This document shows positions 28,226 through 42,200 of a DNA stretch of 64,000 nucleotides, in pieces; within the stretch, counting starts at the first letter, position 1; each line of letters begins with the position of its first letter. The translations under genes were made by a program, and so were the position numbers. Location of the stretch: NCBI GenBank assembly GCA_964016885.1, contig OZ024740.1, forward strand, positions 155,930,001 to 155,994,000, given 5' to 3'. Below the pieces are notes generated by a model, which saw nothing but the letters and a program-made list of their open reading frames with translations, had not been told where the DNA came from and ran no database searches. The DNA comes from Eledone cirrhosa (taxonomy: Eukaryota).

Positions 28226-29522
28226 ATAATTAATGTAAGCATTTCTTTTTTATACTCACTATGTCCGAACATTTTTTGTTGTGTTGTTGGTTTAATTTTT
28301 TCGTTGGTTTTGTTGTTGTTGCTGTTCATGCTGTCGCTAGTATTGTTTTTGTTGTTTATGGTATTGTTATTATTTGTATCAATGTTTTATGTTATTGTGA
28401 TGGTGGTTATATTAGTGGTAACGGTGTTGATATTGTTGGTACTAGTGTTGTTGTTTTTGTTGTTCTTGTACGGCGGTGTGAAAGTTTTTTAAAAGCGGGA
28501 AATTGGCTTCATACTTTTCCCATCATGCAGAATTGTTGTTGCTGCTGCTGCTGCTTTCTATTTTTCCTGAACTTTGTTAAATGATATGGATAGCCGGCTG
28601 TTCATTTCAGCGGAAGAATTTCTTTCTCGTCCGTCATGTCTATTTTATAAACAATGAAGGGTGTGTTTGTGAAAAGAAACACAAATGTAACCTTTTAAAG
28701 CTCTAGACAGGAGGAAACCAACCACTTTCCTATTTAGATGGTTGGTTTTTAGCAGTGGTGTATATAAAAGTAATTGAAACACGAGTAACATGATAATGAT
28801 GTCAACAGCAGAAATAAGAGATGAAATGTATGTTTATTTGTTGTAGCACAAAGTAATGTTTGTTTAGTTGTATAGTTGAAGTTAAAAATAAAAGGGTTAC
28901 AAAAGGAATGTGGCATTGTGCCAGGCCCAAGGAAGGCCGTCAGGCCAAAGTGCAAATCTCACCGTTACATGTTGTTTGTGCTTACGGAGCAAGAGAATAA
29001 GTGGTCTTTACCTTAGCGCGGTCGAGCTGCAAGAGAGAGATTTTTTGAGCTGACGCGGGAATTTTTCCCTCAGGGCGTGTGTAGAGATACATTCTCCTAC
29101 GCTGGCCGCGATTGGCTGAGCTGAGCCAAACAACGCACGGATAATGTATATGAGCCCGCGGAATGTAGGTCACTACAGGTTTAGCCACAAAGCAGTATAT
29201 AATGTTCTGACAAAAATGTTTTAAAAACACATAAACAACTATGAACTTATCTCGCCATCAATGAAGACAAAATCCAACAATAATACTACTTTAGGCACAA
29301 GGTCAACGATTTTTGGGAAAGTCAATTAAATCGACCCAAGTGCATTACTGGTACTTTATTTTATCAACCCCGTAAGGATGAAAGGCAAAGCAAACCTCGG
29401 TGGGATTTGAACTCAGAAAGTAAAGGGCCGTAACTATATGCCACAAAGCATGTTGTCCGACGCTCTACCGATACTGCCAATCAAAAACCAGCAATAATAA
29501 TAAACATTATAAGTATGCTTAC

Positions 29523-29640
29523 CGTATTTTGAGTTCTCTCAATACCAAACATAAATATCAAATACACGGCTATCAATGACACACAGAGGTTCATTAGTAG
29601 GACACTGCGGGAGTTAGCAACGTCACGTGATGCAACCTTT
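29523..29640 (-). CDS. Adhesion GPCR exon, TM2 (KVASRDVANSRSVLLMNLCVSLIAVYLIFMFGIERTQNT)
   Basis: AG/GTAAG borders, 118 bp, phase 2/0. NLC-x-SL motif. Confidence 0.93.
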
Positions 29641-29820
29641 CTAAAAGACGGAGAAAAACAAATAATAACAAGAATGAAAAAACCCCCCCAAAAACTCTCT
29701 CTCACGCACACACACATACAAACAAAAATAAAACTCAACAACAACAACAATTTTAATTGTTACGATTTTCCTTTCTTTCCCTTCACAATACATCTCATTT
29801 TCTCTCTCTCGTGTATATAT

Positions 29821-29885
<65 letters not shown>

Positions 29886-29997
29886 GATAACAGATTAAAG
29901 TTTAAGCAAAGAATCGGTGCTTTCACCCTTAACGGGATCTTCTGATATGCTTATCGAGCGCTCTTTGGATTTTAGTCTTCACATTTATTATTATTAC

Positions 29998-30058
<61 letters not shown>

Positions 30059-30079
30059 GCGCGCACACATTTATACATA

Positions 30080-30930
30080 TAAGCAGAAGTACCCGGTGTT
30101 GCTTGGGTTAAAGAAATAATGAAATTTCATTCAACATTTTTTCTAGGGTATATTTGAAACTTCTAAAATAGCTGTTACTTTTATGTAACATATCTTTTAG
30201 TTGCAATATGATTTCATACTCAGTTCCTTTATTCCTTTCATATCTTGTAGGTGCTTGGGTTTCATATCATTGATGAGATACAGTTGTAAATATTTTGGTT
30301 CTTCTTCTGAAAGTGGGTCACTTCCGTGGGGCACCTGCCCATGGATCTTGAAAGTGGGTATAAAGTCACCTTCATGGATGACATTTGCACCAATTGATGT
30401 CATTTGGAATGCATTATTGTACTTCTGGCTAGTTTGAAGAAAGTGTCTTGATTCAGTAATTGTACCAATCAGCAGTGCCCACAAAGTTTCTGGTGGTCCA
30501 AGGTAATGGTTTAAACTTAATCTTTCCATTTAAACAGCATAATCCAGTTGACTCACCATTCCATTTTTTAGCACCACAATTGGACAAATTTTCTTCATTT
30601 GAGGAAGTTCGAAATAAAGGTTCTGAGGCATAGTTTTGTTGTGTATTGTAACTAAAAGCAGCAAAGTTCGACTTGGCAACCTTTTTAAATCGTAAAACTT
30701 CTGTTCATGCTCTCTGTTCACATAGCTTTTCAGTTGTTTGAGCTTCAGTTTCTTTATGCCGCCTTTGAGCTTCTATATTTCTCTCCCTTTGTTATCTTAA
30801 TGATTTTCGTACGTCTGATTCCTTTTGAGGAATAGTTGCTTCCATTGTCCTATCTTCAGCAAGTCTGCTTTATCTTTATTCCCTTGATTCATCCTGTCTA
30901 TTCTGTGTACTTATTATTTGTTGTCGAAGT
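30080..30930 (-). pseudogene. Helitron Rep/helicase N-terminal relic
   Basis: SRHFLQ..KYNNAFQMTSIGA...FIPTFKIHGQV motif. Confidence 0.75.
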
Positions 30931-30985
30931 CTTAATGGCCTTTATGCCCCCCCCCCCCCTCTCTCTCTCTCTATATATATATATA

Positions 30986-31193
30986 TAGGAACAAGTAGGA
31001 CACCGACGGCTGAGCTCAAGCCGTTTCGACGGCTAATTCTGGACGAATTAGCCGTCAGTCCAGAATTAGCCGTCGAAACGGCTTGAGCTCAGCCGTCGGG
31101 GTCCTACTTGTTCCTATTACCCACTCTACTACCCTCAGTATTGAGTACTTTGGTGCGTTATGGTCCATCTGGTTCCTTACCACATTTCCTTCG

Positions 31194-31195
<2 letters not shown>
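30986..31195 (+). mobile_element. Family D short fold-back insertion
   Basis: Same arms and tail as 19481. Confidence 0.8.
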
Positions 31196-31233
<38 letters not shown>

Positions 31234-31234
31234 C

Positions 31235-32377
31235 GATGCCATCTCTCAATCACAAGAACAGCTCGATTGCTTTCTATCTTTTGTCCTCTTACGCCGACTT
31301 CATCTCCTCCCATTCAACCCACACCAAACACTCCATACCCTATTCCCAATTCCCCCATCTTCGTCGGCACTGTAGCCAGGACGACGATTTCGAAACCCAT
31401 TCCCTTCACATGGCTTCCAGCTTCATCCAGCGTGGATATCCCCCCACCCTGATTAAAGCTGCTCTCACCCACGCCCGTGAAATCGATCGTATCACAGCCC
31501 TCTCACATCACCAGTACCCTCCAACACCCGCGTTCATTTCCCTCTCACCTACCACCCCATCACCCTACCATTCCGGCGACATTTCCTCCATTCCTTCCGC
31601 ACTCTCTCTTCTGACCCCGTCACTTCTCGCTTTTTTCCAAACCCACCTATTACTGCATTTAAGTGCGCCTGCAACCTCCACGACCTCCTGGGACGCAGTT
31701 CCTTCTCGTCCTCTCCCACGACTCCACCCGCCTCTCATCGTTGTTCTTATCTCCGCTGCAACACTTGTCCCGTCATTTCCAACAGGTCCTAACGGGTCAT
31801 TCCGTATCCGCCACTGTTTCACCTGCACATCCACCCACGTTGTCTATGCCCTCCGGTGTTCCTTTTGCGGGTCTTTATATATCGGACAAACGGTACGCCG
31901 TATGGCGGACCGTTTTGATGAGCATTTGAGGGACATACGACTCAGTTTGGATACTCCTGTCGCCCGTCATTTCTGTTCTCCTGGTCATTCTTCCCTACAT
32001 GTCTCAGTCCTGGGTGTCATGGATCACAGGCACCGCGCACCATGACTGAACATAGTCTGATTCACCGTCTTGGGTCCTATTCCCCTTTTGGACTCAACTT
32101 ACCTTCCCAATTTCTTTAATACCCCGTCCATTATCACACGTGCTTGTACATTCAGCCCTAGATTCCTATCGCTCTCTCATGATCATTAACATCTTCTCTT
32201 ACAACTAATACAGACCGACTAAATATAAACACTCCACTTTTCCCTTCACTGCTCTGTACACACACATATACACCCTTATATTAACATACTTTTGATCATA
32301 GCTTCGTACTTACAAGCACACACACTCCTTTATTTACATATACACACACATTTCTTCTTAGGTTCGTACGGACGTAT

Positions 32378-32424
<47 letters not shown>

Positions 32425-32780
32425 CACACGCACCTGCACAAGTATAGCTCTTTTTACAAAACGTTTTTTTTTCATTTCAGGTAGACGCGCTCCACCATCC
32501 ACTTTTCTAAAAACATAAATCATACTCAAAACGCCAGCACCAACAGTTTTCCCAAAGATGTCAACATGAATGGACCTGTTATTTCCAATTCAACCTGCCC
32601 GTCCCTTCAATCTTTCTTATTTCTCATTTTTTCTTCTGATAAAGGACTAGCATCTGAAACATTAAGACCCTCTTCCTGCTATGTCAAGCATTAACCTAAT
32701 ATATTCCTTCCATATACTCTACTGATTGTGTTGTTATTTCTGTTTACCTTTTACATACATATAATAAATATTTGCTCTAC
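31235..32780 (+). mobile_element. PLE-C (Neptune-like) old truncated copy with a decayed hammerhead at 32632-32667
   Basis: SIPYSQF..RRHCS, QRGYP, FTCTSTHVVY..CSFCGSLYIGQT..RFDEH. Ribozyme relic TCTT-CTGATAA-AGGACTAGCATCT-GAAACATT-AAGA. Confidence 0.8.
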
Positions 32781-33382
32781 GGTTCTTATATATTTGATAT
32801 ATATTTATCCTTCTCGAGCCCTCTTTGGATTTTACTCTTCAAATTTATTATTATTACTATATACACTTTTGCAAAATTTTCAGACGATGAAACCGTTGGT
32901 TGCGCAAAGAATCGTAACATACATGTATGTATATATATATATGAAAATATAAAGATTGACTCACATTGTTTTCCCCCATCGAATTTCCGATTAAATGTAT
33001 AATCTTAACGTGAACTTAACTGTTGTTTTCCATGCTGATGGCGTTTCTGAATTATATAATTTCGTTGTAATCATAATTGCCTACGTGAACTAATGTACAA
33101 TCATGTATATTTACCAAATGATTCTGTCATCATTACTTGGGCAACCTTGCTTTGCTAATAAGCTCAAAATAGTTACCTCCGGTACTTACCAGAAAATGAA
33201 AGCAGCGTTAGTCCTTGACAAAAACTAGTTTATCTATGTTAATAGTGCTGTTACCCCGATAAAACGCACGCAGTGCCTTCTGTCGAACCCACGCCAAAGA
33301 TGTAACGTATGAACAAGGCTTTCAGCATGGAAAACGAATGTAAAGAAGAAGAAGAAGAAGAAGATGAAAGAGAATTCCTTAC

Positions 33383-33489
33383 TTCCAACAGGTGGCATAA
33401 ACGAGTACAGTCATGACGAGTGCAACGACAGAGATCCAACAGCCAACAATAGTCATCAACCGGAGATCATATGATTTTTCCACGTCAAT
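33383..33489 (-). CDS. Adhesion GPCR exon, TM1 (IDVEKSYDLRLMTIVGCWISVVALVMTVLVYATCWK)
   Basis: AG/GTAAG borders, 107 bp, phase 0/2. Family-B TM1 pattern 'IVGC-x-IS'. Confidence 0.93.
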
Positions 33490-33891
33490 CTGTAGTTACA
33501 TAATAAATAAATAAATAAATATATATATATGGTAAAACATCTAGGGTATAATAACATATAACTCATTTTCTATGTGGAGAATTATATATGATAGTTTAAA
33601 ATTGTTAAACAGTTTCAGAATTAGCCAATCAGAGGCATTTAAAAACATACTCAATTTAACAGAACATAATTAAAGTCAATTCCACCTTGCAAACTATTGT
33701 TCTGACGCGTCAGAATAACAGAAATTTAGGTTTTGTTGCGCGGGTTAGACTTATATACATAGTCCTTCCTCTTCCAGCGAGAAACTATGTTGGTCTAGAA
33801 GGAAGCTGATGGTTCATAAGACGATAAAGTTTTTTTTTTTTGTTAGTTTACTTTCTCAATCCTTTCTTCATTATTATTATTATTATTATTA

Positions 33892-34477
33892 TTGTTATTC
33901 CTTGAATCTCAGTCATTGATGTTGGTTAACTGGAAAGTCCGTTGGATTGAATATCAAGCCACTACCTGCAGCCTCAGATATTCAGGACGTATCGGAGGGT
34001 TCTTGCTGTTCCAAGCAAGCATGCCTTTTGAAGCGTTCCAAAAAGCGTGAAGGGGCCGATTTTCTTTAACCATCCCTGGAAACTTTTGGAGATAGTCCCC
34101 AGTGCGCCTATGACAATCGGGATCACTTTGACTTCATGGCAGTTCCAAATCCTTTTCACCTCCCACTTTAGGTCCTGGTATCGGTTAATTTTCTCCCTCT
34201 CCTTCTCTTGCACTCTCGTGTCGAACGGGCAGGCCACATCCACAATCAGACACGATCTTTTTTCTTTGTCCACAACCACCAGGTCAGGTCTATTGTGTTC
34301 CAGTTTTTTGTCCGTCTGTATCCTAAAATCCCACAGCACCTTCACCTGATCGTTCTCCATCACCGCCTCTGGCCTATGCTCATACCATTTCTCAGAATGT
34401 GGTAAATTGTTTACTTTGCACAGGTGCCAGTGGATCACCCTGCCCATCACATCGTGTCTCCAGCCCTTATAATTATA

Positions 34478-34525
<48 letters not shown>

Positions 34526-35897
34526 GTTCTTTGAGTCTCAGTCATTGATGTTAATTAACTGGAAAGTTTGTTGAAATGAATATCAAGCTCTACCTGCAGC
34601 GTCAGATATTCAGGACGTATCGGAGGGTTCTTGCTGTTCCCAGCAAGCATGCCTTTTGAAGCGTTCCAAAAAGCGTGGTGGGGCCAATTTTCTTTAACCA
34701 TCCCTGGAAACTTTTTGAGATAGTCCCTAGTGCGCCTATGACAATCGGTACCACTTTGACTTTATGGCAGTTCCAAATCCTTTTTACCTCCCACTTTAAG
34801 TCCTGGTATCGGTTAATTTTCTCCCTCTCCTTCTCTTGCACTCTCGTGTCGAATGAGCAGGCCACATCCACAATCAGGCACGATCTTTTTTCCTTGTCCA
34901 AAACCACCAGGTCAGGTCTATTGTGTTCCAGTTTCTTGTCCGTCTGTATCCTAAAATCCCACAGCACCTTCACCTGATCGTTTTCTATCACCGCCTCTGG
35001 CTTATGCTCATACCACTTCTCAGAAGTGGTAAATTGTTTACTTTGCATAGGTGCCAGTGGATCACCCTGACCATCACATCATATCTCCAGCCCTTATAGT
35101 GAGTCTGGGATAGGTGTTTACACTCGGATACAATGTGAGCCACAGTCTCCTCTCTCTCTCCACAGATCCTGCACAGTGGGCTAGCCTCCTCGTTGTAAAT
35201 ATTGTTTCAACCACTTCGTTTTGAGGGCCTGCTTCTGCGCAGCCATTAGCATTCCTTCTGTAGCCTTTTCAAGGTCACCTCTTTTCAACCAGTTCCATGT
35301 CTGTGGATCTCTGAATTCAGTTTTCTCAAAGAAGGTACTATGAAGGGATTTTTCATATTATTATTATTATTATTATTGTTGTTATTCCTTGAATCTCAGT
35401 CATTGATGTTGGTTAACTGGAAGGTCCGTTGGAATGAATATCAAGCCACTACCTGCAGCCTCAGATATTCAGGACGTATCGGAGGGTTCTTGCTGTTCCA
35501 AGCAAGCATGCCTTTTGAAGCGTTCCAAAAAGCGTGAAGGGGCCGATTTTCTTTAACCATCCCTGGAAACTTTTGGAGATAGTCCCCAGTGCGCCTATGA
35601 CAATCGGGATCACTTTGACTTCATGGCAGTTCCAAATCCTTTTCACCTCCCACTTTAGGTCCTGGTATCGGTTAATTTTCTCCCTCTCCTTCTCTTGCAT
35701 TCTCGTGTCGAACGGGCAGGCCACATCCACAATCAGACACGATCTTTTTTCTTTGTCCACAACCACCAGGTCAGGTCTATTGTGTTCCAGTTTTTTGTCC
35801 GTCTGTATCCTAAAATCCCACAGCACCTTCACCTGATTGTTCTCCATCACCGCCTCCGGCCTATGCTCATACCATTTCTCAGAGTGTGGTAAATTGT
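33892..35897 (-). mobile_element. Three tandem 5'-truncated R4/Dong-like copies (33892-34470, 34524-35356, 35378-35897)
   Basis: RLE domain RPDLVV..IVDVACP..EK..RY. Each copy is separated by (TAA)n. Confidence 0.9.
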
Positions 35898-35924
35898 TAT
35901 TATTATTATTATTATTATTGTTAT

Positions 35925-38223
35925 TGTTATTCCTTGAATCTCAGTCATTGATGTTGGTTAACTGGAAAGTCCGTTGGATTGAATATCAAGCCACTACCTG
36001 CAGCCTCAGATATTCAGGACGTATCGGAGGGTTCTTGCTGTTCCAAGCAAGCATGCATTTTGAAGCGTTCCAAAAAGCGTGAAGGGGCCGATTTTCTTTA
36101 ACCATCCCTGGAAACTTTTGGAGATAGTCCCCAGTGCGCCTATGACAATCGGGATCACTTTGACTTCATGGCAGTTCCAAATCCTTTTCATCTCCCACTT
36201 TAGGTCCTGGTATCGGTTAATTTTCTCCCTCTCCTTCTCTTGCACTCTCGTGTCGAACGGGCAGGCCACATCCACAATCAGGCACGATCTTTTTTCTTTG
36301 TCCACAACCACCAGGTCAGGTCTATTGTGTTCCAGTTTTTTGTCCGTCTGTATCCTAAAATCCCACAGCACCTTCACCTGATTGTTCTCCATCACCGCCT
36401 CTGGCCTATGCTCATACCATTTCTCAGAATGTGGTAGATTGTTTACTTTGCACAGGTGCCAGTGGATCACCCTGCCCATCACATCGTGTCTCCAGCCCTT
36501 ATAGTGGGTCTGGGCTAGGTGTTTACACTCGGACACAATGTGAGCCACAGTCTCCTCTCTCTCTCCACAGATCCTGCACAGTGGGCTAGCCTCCTCCTTG
36601 TAGATATGGTGCTTCAACCACTTCGTTTTGAGGGCCTGCTCCTGCGCAGCCATTAGCATTCCTTCTGTAGCCTTTTTGAGGTCTCCTCTTCTCAACCAGT
36701 TCCATGTCTGTGGATCTCTAAATTCAGTTTTCTCAAAGAAGGTACTATGAAGGGATTTTCCCTTAAGGCTGCTCTTCCTCCTTGATGTTATTTCCTCCCT
36801 GGACATCCCCTGGCCTACTGTCCCCTCCTTCAGTACAGTTCTGAGCATTGGCTCCTTACTATAGGTCACGTATTTGTATAGGTTGTTTTTCTCCATCTGA
36901 ACACAGTCCTCTATGCTGATAAGACCTCTTCCACCCTCAGATCTCCTTAGGTAGAGTCTATCGACATCACTCCTCTTGTGGAACATGTTGTAGATAGTCA
37001 ATAGCTTCCTAGTCTTCCTATCCATTTCTTTTTGTTCAGCAACATTCCATCTCAGAATTCCCGCACTGTACCTAATAATAGACACAGCTCGGGAATTTAC
37101 TGCGCTTATGGCATTTCTGCTGTTCAGATGTGATTTCAATATGCTCCTTACTCTCCGAATGTATTCAGTTCTTAACAATTCCTTCATTTTTTTGTTCTTT
37201 ATGCCATCAGCCTCCAGAACGCCCAAATACTTGTATCCTTCCTCAGAGTCAATTTCCTTTATCATCTCACCTGTTGGTATCTGGATCCCATTACTTCTGC
37301 TCAACCTACCCCTCTTCATCACAATGACTCCACATTTACCAATACCAAACTGCATACATATATCACTGCTGAAAATACGGACAGTGTCAACAAGCACATC
37401 CAACTCCTTCTCACTTTTCCTGAAGAGCTTAAGATCGTCCATGAAGAGGAGGTGATTGATGGTAAGCTCTCCCCTTCCCAACTTGTATCCTGCTCTCACT
37501 TTTCGCAGCATAATGGTCAAGGGCATCAGGGCAAGGACAAACAACAGAGGGGACAGGCTATCTCCCTGGAAGATACCTCTCTTGATCTTCACGCTTCCCA
37601 AGGATACTCCAGTTGATGTCAACTCTGTCTCCCAGGACCCCATACTCCTGCCTAGCAACTGTCTGATGTTATCTGCCACCCTGAAGATCTCCAGGCTTTT
37701 GGTGATCCAGGAATGAGGCACCATGTCAAATGCCTTTCTGTAGTCTATCCATCCCATGGCAAGATCAGTGTGTCTCCTCCTGCAATTCCCCATTACCATC
37801 TTATCAATAAGCAACTGGTCCTTTGTACCACGTGACTTCTTTCGGCATCCTTTCTGTTCGTCCGGTAACAAGTTGTTTGTGTGGAGGTGATGGTAGATTT
37901 CCTCAGACACAATGCTCGTCAACAGTTTCCACATTACGGGCAGACATGTGATAGGTCTATAGTTGGTAGCATCATTACCCTTGATTCGGTCTTTCATTAT
38001 CAGAACTGTGGTACCTTTTGTCAACCACTCTGGCACCTCACCCGACACCAAGCAGTCATTGAACATGGCCGTCAGCTTCGGGTGGAGGGATGTTAGATGT
38101 TTAATCCAATACCCCTGCACACCATCTGGGCCTGGTGATTTCCAGTTGGTTAGTTTTTTGGCTTGCCCCTTAAGAGTTTCAACTGTGATACTCAAATCAG
38201 TCTGTTGCTGTGCCTGCTCACCG
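35925..38223 (-). mobile_element. R4/Dong-like non-LTR retrotransposon, open RT + CCHC + RLE frame (36006-38223), 5' truncated
   Basis: SPGPDG, YRPI, DYRKAFD, GIFQGDSLSP, FMDD, CRIC..H..C and PD-(D/E)xK motifs. (TAA)n flanks. Confidence 0.93.
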
Positions 38224-38272
<49 letters not shown>

Positions 38273-38594
38273 TTATTCTTTTTCGCAATTCTCCAAAAGT
38301 TCTGTTCCATCAGTCTCATTACCACTTTTCTCTTTTCCTCTCCTCTTTCTTCTCTCTATACCCTTCACATTTCTCATCTCATGCTTTAGACTATCTTTTT
38401 TCCCTTCTCTCCCGCTCTCTGTTCAATATGTAGTTATATCTTAACCCAACTTGTTACTATACATATAGTATCCAGCTGACTACAACTACCCTTGGCGCTA
38501 AAATATCCTACACTTTTATCAAAATTCATATACACTCATTGCTTCAAACCTTTTCAATTAATGTTTACACACCCACAGACACATATATACAAGG

Positions 38595-38932
38595 GGGTAA
38601 AAAGCAAGAGTGGAAATGCACAGAAGTGTATTTAAAGAATCTATTTTTCTTTAATCCAACAAAAATATTTCTATATTTATTACATCAAATAAATTTAAGT
38701 TTTATGAAATGATGTAGCGGTTTGGATTAGTTACGGCAATCTTCTCAAACAATAATTTAAATTAAAAATATAAAAATGGACTTTTTAAAAATATAAACCA
38801 ATTATTATTTCATACGTTTGTAATTAATCAAAACCGGTAAAGATATTTCATAAAACTTAAATTAATTTGATGTAACAAATATAGAAATATTTTCAAATTC
38901 ACTTCTTTGCATTTCCACTTACTTTTTACCTA
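38595..38932. mobile_element. MITE-like fold-back with long imperfect TIRs
   Basis: GGTAAAAAG..AGTGGAAATGCA.AGAAGTG mirrored at 38899-38931. 38665-38710 is mirrored at 38845-38892. Confidence 0.7.
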
Positions 38933-38936
38933 TATG

Positions 38937-38970
<34 letters not shown>

Positions 38971-39210
38971 GCTATATAGACATATATATAAACGCACACA
39001 CAAACACACATGTATATATGCATATACACACACACATGTATGGACACACACACACACACATACACACACCCATACATATATATATATATACACATATAAA
39101 TATGAACAGAAGAAAAAATAATTTTGAAATTAATTCCATGTCATGATTTCATAAATATCTTCTTGAAGAAAAGTCATAGCCATTTTAACCATTGCTCTTC
39201 CTTTTTTCGC

Positions 39211-42200
39211 GTATAGTGTAGTCAGTGTGATACTATACATATAGTGTAGTCAGTGTGATACTATACATATAGTGTAGTCAGTGTGATACTATACATATAG
39301 TGTAGTCAGGGTGATACTATACATATAGTGTAGTCGGGGTGATACTATACGTATAGTGTAGTCAGTGTGATACTATACATATAGTGTAGTCGGGGTGATA
39401 CTATACATATAGTGTAGTCAGTATGATACTATACATATAGTGTAGTCAGTGTTATGCTATACATATAATGTACTCAAGGTGATACTATACATATAGTGTA
39501 GTCAGTGTGATACTATACATATAGTGTAGTCAGTGTGATACTATACATATAGTGTAGTCAGTATGATACTATACATATAATGTAGTCAGTGTGATACTAT
39601 ACATATAGTGTAGTCAGTGTGATACTATACATATAGTGTAGTCAGGGTGATACTATACATATAGTGTAGTCAGGGTGATACTATACATATAGTGTAGTCG
39701 GTGTGATACTATACATATAGTGTAGTCGGTGTGATACTATACGTATAGTGTAGTCGGTGTGATACTATACATATATTGTAGTCGGTGTGATACTATACGT
39801 ATAGTGTAGTCGGTGTGATACTATACGTATGGTGTAGTCAGTGTGATACTATACATATAGTGTAGTCAGTGTGATACTATACATATAGTGTAGTCAGTGT
39901 GATACTATACATATAGTGTAGTCAGTGTGATACTATATGTATAGTGTAGTCAGTGTGATACTATACATATAGTGTAGTCAGTGTGATACTATACATATAG
40001 TGTAGTCGGTGTGATACTATACATATAGTGTAGTCAGGGTGATACTATACATATAGTGTAGTCAGTATGATACTATACATATAGTGTAGTCAGTGTGATA
40101 CTATACATATAGTGTAGTCAGTGTGATACTATACTTATAGTGTAGTCAGTGTGATACTATACATATAGTGTAGTCAGTGTGATACTATACATATAGTGTA
40201 GTTAGTGTGATAATATACATATAGTGTAGTCGGTGTGATACTATACATATAGTGTAGTCAGTGTGATACTATACATATAGTGTAGTCGGGGTGATACTAT
40301 ACATATAGTGTAGTCGGTGTGATACTATACATATAGTGTAGTCAGTATGATACTATACGTATAGTGTAGTCAGTGTGATACTATACATATAGTGTAGTCA
40401 GTGTGATACTATACATATAGTGTAGTCAGTGTGATACTATACATATAGTGTAGTCAAGGTGATACTATACATATAGTGTAGTCAGTGTGATACTATACAT
40501 ATAGTGTAGTCGGTGTGATACTATACATATAGTGTAGTCAGTGTGATACTATACATATAGTGTAGTCAGTGTGATACTATACATATAGTGTAGTCAGTGT
40601 GATACTATACATATAGTGTAGTCAGTGTGATACTATACATATAGTGTAGTCAGTGTGATACTATACATATAGTGTAGTCAGTGTGATACTATACATATAG
40701 TGTAGTCAGTGTGATACTATACATATAGTGTAGTCAGTGTGATACTATACATATAGTGTAGTCAGTGTGATACTATACATATAGTGTAGTCAGTATGATA
40801 CTATACATATAGTGTAGTCAGTGTGATACTATACATATAGTGTAGTCAGTGTGATACTATACGTATAGTGTAGTCAGTGTGATACTATACATATAGTGTA
40901 GTCAGTGTGATACTATACATATAGTGTAGCCAGTGTGATACTATACATATAGTGTAGTCGGTGTGATACTATACATATAGTGTAGTCGGTGTGATACTAT
41001 ACATATAGTGTAGTCGGTGTGATACTATACATATAGTGTAGTCAGTATGATATTATATATATAGTGTAGTCAGGGTGATACTATACATATAGTGTAGTCA
41101 GTGTGATACTACACGTGTAGTGTAGTCAGTGTGATACTATACATATAGTGTAGTCAGGGTGATACTATACATATAGAGTAGTCAGTGTGATACTATACAT
41201 ATAGTGTAGTCGGTGTGATACTATACATATAGTGTAGTCGGGGTGATACTATACATATAGTGTAGTCAGTGTGATACTATACATATAGTGTAGTCGGTGT
41301 GATACTATACATATAGTGTAGTCAGTGTGATACTATACATATAGTGTAGTCAGTGTGATACTATACATATAGTGTAGTTAGTGTGATAATATACATATAG
41401 TGTCGTCGGTGTGATACTATACATATAGTGTAGTCAGTGTGATACTATACATATAGTGTAGTCGGGGTGATACTATACATATAGTGTAGTCAGTGTGATA
41501 CTATACATATAGTGTAGTCGGTGTGATACTATACATATAGTGTAGTCAGTGTGATACTATACATATAGTGTAGTCAGTGTGATACTATACATATAGTGTA
41601 GTTAGTGTGATAATATACATATAGTGTAGTCGGTGTGATACTATACATATAGTGTAGTCAGTGTGATACTATACATATAGTGTAGTCGGGGTGATACTAT
41701 ACATATAGTGTAGTTGGTGTGATACTATACATATAGTGTAGTCAGTGTGATACTATACATATAGTGTAGTCGGTGTGATACTATACATATAGTGTAGTCA
41801 GTGTGATACTATACATATAGTGTAGTCAAGGTGATACTATACATATAGTGTAGTCAGTGTGATACTATACATATAGTGTAGTCAGTGTGATACTATACAT
41901 ATAGTGTAGTCAGTGTGATACTATACATATAGTGTAGTCAGTGTGATACTATACATATAGTGTAGTTAGTGTGATACTATAAATATAGTGTAGTCGGTGT
42001 GATACTATACGTATAGTGTAGTCGGTGTGATACTATACATATATTGTAGTCGGTGTGATGCTATACATATAGTGTAGTCGGTGTGATACTATACATATAG
42101 TGTAGTCAGTATGATATTATATATATAGTGTAGTCAGGGTGATACTATACATATAGTGTAGTCAGTGTGATACTACACGTATAGTGTAGTCAGTGTGATA

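Noticed and set aside
28085-28584. Hydrophobic multi-TM-looking ORFs
   Set aside because: SINE sequence plus degenerate (TTG)n repeat.
36006-38288. 760-aa ORF as an intact gene starting MRKRIRIII
   Set aside because: The N-terminus is read-through of the (TAA)n target. The element is 5' truncated.
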